24,174 nt of DNA from a virus (lineage: Duplodnaviria; Caudoviricetes). The notes beneath the pieces are model-generated. The model worked only from the letters and a program-made list of their open reading frames with translations. It searched no databases and was not told the DNA's origin. Positions 17,073 through 24,174 of the stretch are shown one piece after another. The stretch spans positions 1 to 24,174 of the IMG/VR virus record IMGVR_UViG_3300033487_000040; one strand, given 5' to 3'. Position 1 is the first letter of the stretch. Each line of letters opens with the position of its first letter. A program made the translations under genes and the position numbers.

Positions 17073-18488
17073 ATGCCGCGCCTGTATTCCAACAACGCCA
17101 GCACGACACTGCTGAACCCGCTGAACACGTCCGATACCGTGTTCATCGTGGAAAACCTGAACGATGCGGTCGCGGCCTTCCCCGATCTGACCGATCCGGC
17201 GGATTACTGCTACATCACGGTCGAGAACGTGGACGCCACCTTCGAGATCATGAAGCTCACCGACATTGACACGGGCACCAACCAGTTCACCGTGGTACGG
17301 GGTGACAGCTTCGCTGTGGACGACCTCGACAAGACCACGTCGATCTCGTTCCTCGCGGGCGCACGCGTGGAAATCCGCACCACGGCGGGCTCGTTCAACA
17401 ACATGCTGCAGCGTGACGGCGAGGTGATCTACGGCGGCGTGTTCGGCGCGACGCCAGCGGCACCCGCCGACGTACAGACGCTGGTCACGAAATACTCGAC
17501 CGACGCCACAGCTGTGCCGCTCGGCCCCGACCTGATCGTCGGCGAGCTCGCACTGAACGCCAAGACCAAGAAGCTCTATGCGGCATGCGTGGACTCACTG
17601 GGCAATGAAGAAATCACCGAGATCGTGCCCGGCATGTTCGTCGGTATCGGCATCCCGCCGTACCCCACCGAAGGCCAGCTGTGGTGGAACCCGACCGACA
17701 ACGCGCTGCGCGTATACGGCGACGACGCGGCATGGCACTTCTGCATCGGCGAAGACCCAGTCACTGAAGCCCTCAAGCTGCTGAACAACATCGCCCTGCA
17801 GGGACGCAACGCCGCTGATACGACATGGCAAGACCTGATCAAGCTCAACGCGTCCGACGAGGTTATTGCCGGCGACGCCGACCTGACGTTGCTCTCGATC
17901 ATCACCGCCGCTACACGGGTGAAAGAACTGCTGCAGATTCGCACCACGGCAGACGCGACGAAGGGCTGGGAACTCTACGCGGCCATGTACCTCGGTGCAC
18001 CGTTTGCCCAGCTGCGCGCGACTGCCGCCAATGGAGCACTGGCGATTGTCGCGAAGAACGGCGCAGGCACTGATCTCCCATTCACGTTCGGCAATGACGG
18101 CTACCTCTCGCTGCCGCACTTCTTCCTGCCGACCAGCAACCTGCACGTCGCCAGCAAGTATTACGTCGACACGATGGTGAACGCCGTGCCGGCCCTCACC
18201 CATGCCGTAAGCGTGGCAGCAGGTGGCGCGGTATTCGGCACGGCACTGGGCGTGGGCTCGGTCACGAAAGGCAGTGCCGGCCTCTACACGCTCAACCTGT
18301 CGACGCCACTGTCGAACGTGAACAACGCGATCATCACCGCGACGGCGCGCAACAACGTGGTCACGAACACGACCGTCGTGGTCGCCGCATACCCGACCTC
18401 GACGACGACCATCGACGTGCGCACACGGATCAACAGCACGCTCAGCAACTCCGACTTCAGCCTCATGATCCACGACTCGGGAGCTTGA
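17073..18488 (+). CDS. tail fibre protein
   Basis: N-terminal NNASTTL...FEIMK..VVRG..GARVEIR anchor domain, GELALN..KLY, PTEGQLWWN, ASKYYVD and a C-terminal SVTKGSAGLYTLN domain. Confidence 0.78.
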   Translation: MPRLYSNNASTTLLNPLNTSDTVFIVENLNDAVAAFPDLTDPADYCYITVENVDATFEIMKLTDIDTGTNQFTVVRGDSFAVDDLDKTTSISFLAGARVEIRTTAGSFNNMLQRDGEVIYGGVFGATPAAPADVQTLVTKYSTDATAVPLGPDLIVGELALNAKTKKLYAACVDSLGNEEITEIVPGMFVGIGIPPYPTEGQLWWNPTDNALRVYGDDAAWHFCIGEDPVTEALKLLNNIALQGRNAADTTWQDLIKLNASDEVIAGDADLTLLSIITAATRVKELLQIRTTADATKGWELYAAMYLGAPFAQLRATAANGALAIVAKNGAGTDLPFTFGNDGYLSLPHFFLPTSNLHVASKYYVDTMVNAVPALTHAVSVAAGGAVFGTALGVGSVTKGSAGLYTLNLSTPLSNVNNAIITATARNNVVTNTTVVVAAYPTSTTTIDVRTRINSTLSNSDFSLMIHDSGA

Positions 18489-18489
18489 T

Positions 18490-20406
18490 ATGGTAGGGAT
18501 CGCGCTCCGACAATTCGGGGGGATGCTCCCCCGCTACGGGAACCAGCACATCCCTGAGACGGTTGCGTCCATCGCGCGTAACTGCCGACTCGTGTCGGGC
18601 GAGATTCAGGCGCTCAAGTCCCCGGCGTTGATCTACAACTTTGCCGGGTGGGAGGACGAGACCGGGACGACGCCCGTCACCGTCACGCGGGCCTTCCGCG
18701 TGGTCACGCAGACGGGCAACTTCCTCGTTGGCTTCGACGACCCCACCACGGACTTCGTGAAGGCCCCGCTGGCGCGTGACGGGTTCAACCGCCATTACTG
18801 GACGGCGGCGGACAAGACCCCGCGCTACGCCTCTGAAGAGGAACTCAACGACGCTACGGTCGCGAAGACGGTGCCGGCGGGACGCCGCCTCGGCATGCCC
18901 GCCCCGGACACTGCGCCGACGGTGACGCCCGCTGCTACCGGCGGGGATCTGGAAGAGACCCGGGTGTACGTGTACACCTTCAAGTCGACCTTCGGCGAGG
19001 AGAGCGCGCCGTCTCCTCCCTGCATCGTCACGGGCAACGCCGACGCCGCGTGGAACATCTCGGCCATGGACGTTGCCGTCGCGGACTACACCGACCCGTC
19101 GGGCGATGCTGACTTCGACATCGTGGCGACGGAATACGACACGACGGGCTGGGTGAAGCGGATCTACCGTACGATCACCGGCACGCTGGGTGCGGTCGAG
19201 TACTTCTTCGTTGCCGAGGTAGCTCTGGCCACGACCACGTACAGCGACACCGTGTCCACCGAGACCGTGTCGTTCAACCCGATCATGGAGTCGGGGAACT
19301 GGGCTGTCCCGCCGAAGAACCTGCAGGGCCTGCTCGTGCACCCCAACGGTTTCCTCGTGGGCTTCAAGGGCCGGGACGTGTACTTCTCCGTGCCGTACCG
19401 CCCGCACGCATGGCCGGTCGAGTTCATCACCGCCGTGAAGTGGAACATCGTCGGGCTGGGCATCATCGGGCAGTCCGTGGTGATCCTGACGGCAGGCTCC
19501 CCGTTCATTGCCAGCGGCGTGCGGCCCGAGGCCATGACGCTGATCGAGTCCGACACCCCGGATCCGTGCGTGTCGCGCCGGGGCATCGTCTCGACGAACA
19601 GCGGGGTCTATTATCCCGGCCCGGACGGCCTCATGGTCGCGGACGGCAACGGTGTACGCAACCTGACCAAGAAGTTCGTGTCGCGCCGGGACTGGCAGCT
19701 GGACTACCAGCCCTACGACATCCAAGCGGCCAAGCACGACTCGCAGTACGTGGCGTTCTACGACGGCCAGCTTGGATTCGTCATCGACTTCGAGGAAGCC
19801 TCGCAGGCGTTCGTCGAGCTCAACTCCCCGATCTGGGATCACGATGGCTTCCTTGGCGACGGCGTCACCGGCGACGTGTGGCTGATCAAGGACAACGTGC
19901 TGCGCATCTTCGACCCCGAGGGCGGCTCCCCCGTGCCGTACCTGTGGCGCTCGAAAGAGTTCGACATGCCCACCCCGGTGAACTTCGGTGCGTACAAGCT
20001 CATCTACACGGAGACCAAGTCTTCCGGCGGCGCGGCGCGCACACTGGCCGAGCGGCGGGCTTTCAACGAGGAGCGCATCCAGCAACCGCTGAACCCGATC
20101 AACTGGTCGGCGCTCAATGGCGTGAAGCGCCTGACGCTCACCTCGACGGTGCCCCAGTATTCGCAGCCGACGCACCGCAGCCCGCTGTACCAGCTGACCT
20201 CCGACGACGCGGTGGGCTCCCTGACGTTCCGGGCCTACATCAACCGGGAGGACACGCCCTACTACGAGGCCGAGATCACGGACATGGAGCTGTACCGCCC
20301 GGACTCGGGCTTCAAGGCCATCCTGTGGCAGTTTGAAGTCGAGGGCACGCGGGACTTGCAGTCGATCAAGATCGCCACCACCAGCAAAGAGCTGGAGCGG
20401 ATGTGA
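18490..20406 (+). CDS. tail nozzle / tail tubular B-like (DNA stabilisation) protein
   Basis: 638 aa with FGGMLPR, YVYTF...GEESAPSP, YFSVPYRPHAWP, CVSRRGIV...YPGPDGL and WRSKEF, as in podovirus nozzle proteins. Confidence 0.78.
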   Translation: MVGIALRQFGGMLPRYGNQHIPETVASIARNCRLVSGEIQALKSPALIYNFAGWEDETGTTPVTVTRAFRVVTQTGNFLVGFDDPTTDFVKAPLARDGFNRHYWTAADKTPRYASEEELNDATVAKTVPAGRRLGMPAPDTAPTVTPAATGGDLEETRVYVYTFKSTFGEESAPSPPCIVTGNADAAWNISAMDVAVADYTDPSGDADFDIVATEYDTTGWVKRIYRTITGTLGAVEYFFVAEVALATTTYSDTVSTETVSFNPIMESGNWAVPPKNLQGLLVHPNGFLVGFKGRDVYFSVPYRPHAWPVEFITAVKWNIVGLGIIGQSVVILTAGSPFIASGVRPEAMTLIESDTPDPCVSRRGIVSTNSGVYYPGPDGLMVADGNGVRNLTKKFVSRRDWQLDYQPYDIQAAKHDSQYVAFYDGQLGFVIDFEEASQAFVELNSPIWDHDGFLGDGVTGDVWLIKDNVLRIFDPEGGSPVPYLWRSKEFDMPTPVNFGAYKLIYTETKSSGGAARTLAERRAFNEERIQQPLNPINWSALNGVKRLTLTSTVPQYSQPTHRSPLYQLTSDDAVGSLTFRAYINREDTPYYEAEITDMELYRPDSGFKAILWQFEVEGTRDLQSIKIATTSKELERM

Positions 20407-20948
20407 GCACGGTCTCCCTCGCCACCCGGCTGCGCGGCGCGCTCAAGCCGCCGCTGCGCAAGTTCACCGGCCACCGGACGCTGGAGTCCGTGGTCGAGAC
20501 CGTGGAGACCCTCCTGCGCATGCGGGGGGACATCGGCCAGAGTGCCGTGAAGGTCTCGGATCTGGCCGGCATTCTGGAGCAGGTGCTGGACTACCACCTC
20601 GAAACCGCCTCCCATGGCATCGGAGAGGTCACACGGGGCACGGTCACCCAGCTGACCAGCAAGTCCACGGCGGTCACGCTCAACACGATCACCGGCGACA
20701 TCACGACCAGCAACGCGGCGCTGGCGCAGAACAACAGCGTGAGCTTCACGCTGAACAACTCGATGATTGGGGCCTACGACATGGTCTTTGCCCACATCGT
20801 TAGTGGGGGTGTTGCGGATCACTACCAGATCCACGTCGACGCGCTGGCAGCGGGGAGCTGCCGGATCCAGATCAGGAACGATGGGACAGGGTCACACAGC
20901 GAGGCACTCGTGATCCGGTTCGCTGTACTTAGGCGAAGCAGCACGTAA
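20403..20948 (+). CDS. virion structural protein (helical N-terminus plus beta-rich C-terminal domain)
   Basis: 181 aa with a C-terminal VTQLTSKSTAVTLN...SFTLNNS...AAGSCRI...SEALVIRFAV domain seen in phage structural proteins. GTGA coupling. Confidence 0.65.
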   Translation: MSTVSLATRLRGALKPPLRKFTGHRTLESVVETVETLLRMRGDIGQSAVKVSDLAGILEQVLDYHLETASHGIGEVTRGTVTQLTSKSTAVTLNTITGDITTSNAALAQNNSVSFTLNNSMIGAYDMVFAHIVSGGVADHYQIHVDALAAGSCRIQIRNDGTGSHSEALVIRFAVLRRSST

Positions 20949-20975
20949 TAATATCCACAGGCAGGGAGGATACGC

Positions 20976-21317
20976 ATGAGCATGGTCGAGAAGCAATGGC
21001 GGTTCGTGAAGATGCTCCAGCAGCTGGTCGAGTTTGCTGAGCAGAACGGCTACATGCTCACCCTTGGTGACGGCTATCGCGACCCCCGACTGCACGGCGG
21101 GCCGGGCGAGAAGATGGGCTACGGTCACCCCTTCAGCTGCCACAAGCTCAGACTCGCGCAGGACTACAACCTGTTCAAGGACGGCCAGTGGCTGTCCGAT
21201 ACCGAGGACTTCCGCCCACTCGGCGAGTTCTGGGAATCCTTGGCACCTGACGCCCGCTGGGGCGGGAGGTTCAGCGATGGAAACCACTTCTCCCTCGAAC
21301 ACAACGGCAGGCGCTAA
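20976..21317 (+). CDS. endolysin, M15-family Zn peptidase (L-Ala-D-Glu peptidase-like)
   Basis: GDGYRDP, S-C-H..RLAQD (H and D Zn ligands) and RWGGRF.DGNHFS. GGGAGG RBS; catalytic domain only. Confidence 0.88.
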   Translation: MSMVEKQWRFVKMLQQLVEFAEQNGYMLTLGDGYRDPRLHGGPGEKMGYGHPFSCHKLRLAQDYNLFKDGQWLSDTEDFRPLGEFWESLAPDARWGGRFSDGNHFSLEHNGRR

Positions 21318-21319
21318 CC

Positions 21320-21832
21320 ATGAGCATTCTCGGTGGGCTTGGGGCAACTATGGGCAAAATCTTCGTCACGGAGAAATCCGTGGAGAAGGCTATCGACTCC
21401 ATGACGGCTGGACTGGACAAGATCTGGTACACCAAAGAGGAGAAGGCGGACGCCGAGGAAGCCCGCTGGAAGGCTCGCCACGAGGCGCAGCTGAAAGCAC
21501 AGGACATGCTGCTCGAATGGATGAAGGCCAGCCAAGGCCACAACGTCGCGCGGCGCTGGCTCACCGTGCAGATCACGCGGGTGTGGCTCTGGCAGATGAT
21601 CCTCGGCATGGCCTTCGCCGTGGGTGCGATCTGGGCCCCGCAAGTCAAGTCCAACCAGATGCTGGCGACTGCAGGGATCCTGCAGGGGTACGCCGGCGAA
21701 ATGGGCACGGTCGTGCTCATCATCATCATGTTCTACTTTGCTGCACCGCACATGGGGCAGGCCATCGACGTGCTGCTTTCGCGGCTTGGCTTGCGTACGC
21801 CTGCAGTATCTGCACCGCCTACGTCCAAGTAG
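21320..21832 (+). CDS. putative holin
   Basis: Follows the endolysin; DKIWYTKEEKA, RR then two hydrophobic segments ending IIMFYFAAP. Confidence 0.6.
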   Translation: MSILGGLGATMGKIFVTEKSVEKAIDSMTAGLDKIWYTKEEKADAEEARWKARHEAQLKAQDMLLEWMKASQGHNVARRWLTVQITRVWLWQMILGMAFAVGAIWAPQVKSNQMLATAGILQGYAGEMGTVVLIIIMFYFAAPHMGQAIDVLLSRLGLRTPAVSAPPTSK

Positions 21833-21876
21833 TTTTCAGCACTGTCGCACCACCATCTCAAGGAGAAGAGAGCACC

Positions 21877-22236
21877 GTGGCACCCCCTATTCCTACGGAT
21901 CGACCCACCAAAGCTGTCACGCATGAGGACTTGCATGACATGATCCAGAACCACGAGCGGAAATTCGAGCGGGTTCTATATAGCTTTGCCGCTGTTGCTG
22001 TGCCCGGTGTGATCGCAGCATTTATCTGGCTGTGGTCGACACACGCCGCGCAGGCAGCGTTCAACGCCGGCGTCGCCGTGAAGATCGACCAGACAGCAGA
22101 GTATGCACAGGAGTCCCGCGACTCCCGCGTGCGGGTGGAAGCCCGCTTGGACGAGATCAACCGCTTCCTGCGCGAGGACTCGCGGGAGCTTCGCGACCAG
22201 CTCAACGCCCACATCCGAGAAGCCCGGGATCAATGA
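21877..22236 (+). CDS. single-TM coiled-coil membrane protein (possible lysis accessory)
   Basis: GTG 21877 with AAGGAG upstream. TM segment VLYSFAAVAVPGVIAAFIWLW followed by a coiled coil. This is the 3' part of track ORF 21034..22236. Confidence 0.65.
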   Translation: MAPPIPTDRPTKAVTHEDLHDMIQNHERKFERVLYSFAAVAVPGVIAAFIWLWSTHAAQAAFNAGVAVKIDQTAEYAQESRDSRVRVEARLDEINRFLREDSRELRDQLNAHIREARDQ

Positions 22237-22688
22237 CCGCCGCGCAGGTGCCGTCGCCATTCCGCTTCGGCACTCTCAGCGTCCCCCGGGACTGGCCTGT
22301 CATCAGTGAGCTCGTGCCTTGCCACCTCGTCGAAGACACGACGGGGATCATTGCCCTCGACCAAGCCAACAGGTACGTCGCGGCAGTCGTAATCGACAGT
22401 TGGACTAATACTTCTGTACAGGTACACTCGTACATAGGCAACCCCTATGTGCTGCGGCGCGGGTTCGCGGAAGCGGTCTTCTCCGCGATTTTCGTCCACG
22501 CGGGCAAGCGCGTCGCCATCGGCACCGTGCCAGCGAACAACGCGAAGGCTCTGAAGTTCAACACGCACATGGGCTTCACCGAGCTGTGCCGGATCAAAGA
22601 CGGGTTCGATGTCGGTGTGGACTACGTGATCATGGAGATGCGGCGCGAGAGCTGCCGCTGGATAGACAGGAGATACCGCGATGGGTAA
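22233..22688 (+). CDS. GNAT-family acetyltransferase-like protein
   Basis: ATG 22233 (ATGA overlap). VPANNAKALKFNTHMGF is a GNAT/RimJ-like motif B; the gene sits before the ejection gene. Confidence 0.8.
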   Translation: MTAAQVPSPFRFGTLSVPRDWPVISELVPCHLVEDTTGIIALDQANRYVAAVVIDSWTNTSVQVHSYIGNPYVLRRGFAEAVFSAIFVHAGKRVAIGTVPANNAKALKFNTHMGFTELCRIKDGFDVGVDYVIMEMRRESCRWIDRRYRDG

Positions 22689-24174
22689 GAAAGCTCCCAA
22701 AGCCCCGGACATGACCAAGTACACCGAGATGAGCGAGCGTCTCGGTAACCGGGCGCTCGACCAAGCTGACCAGCAGCAGGCGTGGGCTCAGCAGATGTGG
22801 GGTGAGCAGAAGGCCCTGCTGGAGCAGGTGTTGGGCCCGCAGCTCGACATCATGAAGATGCAGTACGAAAACGGCATGAAGGATCGCCAGCGGTACGAGC
22901 AGTTGTATCAGCCGCTGGAAGAGAACCTCATCAAGGAGTTTCAGGACTACGACACCCCGGAGCGGCGCGCGCAGCGGTCGGGTGCCGCCATGGCGCAGGT
23001 TGCCGCCTCCCAGAAGGGAGCCAAGGACGCCGCACGGCAGCGTCTGGAGAGCTTCGGCATCGACCCCAGCCAGACGCGCAGCGCCGCGCTCGACCGCAAT
23101 CTGGAGGCCGCAGAGGCGGCGCAGCAGGCCGCTGCCGGCAACATGGAGCGCAACAACGTCGAGAACACGGGCCGCGCGCTGCGGGCCGAGGCCATCAACA
23201 TCGGCAAGGGCATGCCCTCACAGGTCGCTGCCTCCTATGGGCAGTCCCTGCAGGCCGGGCAGACCGCCATGGGCGGCATGAACAGCACCGTCAATACCGG
23301 CGCGGGCACCATGGGCACTGGCCAGTCGTGGTCGAATCAGGCGCTGGGGGCGAACGGGCAGGGTGCGAATATCACGAGCCAAGGCTTCCAGAACAAGCTG
23401 AACGCCTACAGCGCCCAAGGCAGTCCGTGGGAGCTCGTGGCCGGCATCGGCGGCGCGTGGGCCGGGTCGGGCTTCGGCGTCGGTGGCAAGAACGACGGGG
23501 GCATCATCGCGCCCGAGCACATGGATCACCCCAGCCAGCAGACCCAGACCGGCCACGATGCCATCCCTGCCAGCCTGACACCCGGCGAGTTCGTCATCCC
23601 GAAAGAGGTGGTCACGTTCTTGGGCGTGGACAAGCTGAACAAGATGGTGGCCAAGGCGCGCGCAGCGCAAGGCATCCCGGAAGACCGCCCGGCCACGCCG
23701 CCCCCGCGCCGGATCTCCGCCCCCCAGAACAGCCGCAGCGTCGGCCCACAGCCATCCAAGTTCAACAGCGGAGGGGCGATACCCTATGACACAGCGGGCT
23801 ACGAAGACGAGCGCGTCCAAGTCGGAGAATACATGCCCCGGGAAGAGGCCCCGCAGCAACAGCAGGGCATCAACCCCATGCAGGCATACCGGGCCTACTC
23901 GCAATTTACGGCTCCTGCTGCTGGTAGTCCTGCTGCTGGCGGTGGCTCCGCAGCGGGTGGTGGCTCTGCCGCTGGTTCTGCTGGGAGTACAGCTGTAGCC
24001 GCTGCCCCGTGGGTCGCCGCCGCCCTCGCCGGCCACGAGTACATGACGCGCCAGCGCAACGACGACGGCACGCGGGTCACCAACTGGGACGACTTCTGGA
24101 AGCTGAACGCCGGGCACAAGATCGCGGACAACTTCGAGAAGGACTTGAACGCGGGGCCGATCTCCGCTGGTGAC
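22681..24174 (+). CDS. putative internal virion / DNA ejection protein (partial, runs off the window)
   Basis: Read by hand and absent from the track. Open from ATG 22681 (AGGAG RBS; MGKKAPKAPDMTKY...) to the end with no stop. Gln/Ala/Gly-rich, with a DAIPASLTPGEFVIP motif. Confidence 0.8.
   Translation, partial: MGKKAPKAPDMTKYTEMSERLGNRALDQADQQQAWAQQMWGEQKALLEQVLGPQLDIMKMQYENGMKDRQRYEQLYQPLEENLIKEFQDYDTPERRAQRSGAAMAQVAASQKGAKDAARQRLESFGIDPSQTRSAALDRNLEAAEAAQQAAAGNMERNNVENTGRALRAEAINIGKGMPSQVAASYGQSLQAGQTAMGGMNSTVNTGAGTMGTGQSWSNQALGANGQGANITSQGFQNKLNAYSAQGSPWELVAGIGGAWAGSGFGVGGKNDGGIIAPEHMDHPSQQTQTGHDAIPASLTPGEFVIPKEVVTFLGVDKLNKMVAKARAAQGIPEDRPATPPPRRISAPQNSRSVGPQPSKFNSGGAIPYDTAGYEDERVQVGEYMPREEAPQQQQGINPMQAYRAYSQFTAPAAGSPAAGGGSAAGGGSAAGSAGSTAVAAAPWVAAALAGHEYMTRQRNDDGTRVTNWDDFWKLNAGHKIADNFEKDLNAGPISAGD

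Noticed and set aside
13855-18488. Diversity-generating retroelement acting on fibre tips
   Set aside because: No reverse transcriptase was seen, nor a near-identical repeat pair differing at adenines. The LamG paralogues are too diverged.
21034-21876. 5' part of the 400-aa track ORF 21034..22236
   Set aside because: It overlaps the endolysin and holin in another frame; only the part from GTG 21877 has an RBS and protein-like composition.
23914-24006. GCT/GGT-rich repeats near the window end
   Set aside because: They encode a low-complexity Ala/Gly/Ser segment of the ejection protein.
1-24174. tRNA, CRISPR array, integrase/att site, intron or intein, alternative genetic code
   Set aside because: None was recognised by eye. 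Core genes have normal lengths, and TAA, TAG and TGA all act as stops. Covariance-model searches were not run.

Overview
The window is a gene-dense, GC-rich segment of a tailed dsDNA phage or prophage, probably podovirus-like because it has a nozzle and ejection proteins but no tail tube, sheath or tape measure. It has three blocks. (i) Rightward hypothetical genes at 1-2005. (ii) A leftward packaging operon at 5736->1968, in which a TerS-like gene and TerL are separated by about six small accessory ORFs, including a DUF2829/Tad2-like anti-defence gene coupled to TerL. (iii) A rightward morphogenesis operon from 5813 to the end: portal, scaffold, major capsid, terminator, Ig-domain protein, adaptors, several fibre/LamG proteins, nozzle, M15 endolysin, holin-like genes, a GNAT and an ejection protein that runs off the edge. 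The most notable observations are two overlapping sigma70-like promoters between the divergent operons, a LamG domain apparently split in two by a 3.4-kb fibre cassette with a 10-bp inverted repeat near its ends, and an N-x-G-G-x-[VI] motif shared by a small basic protein and the ejection protein. All family calls come from motif recognition and synteny; no database searches were run.
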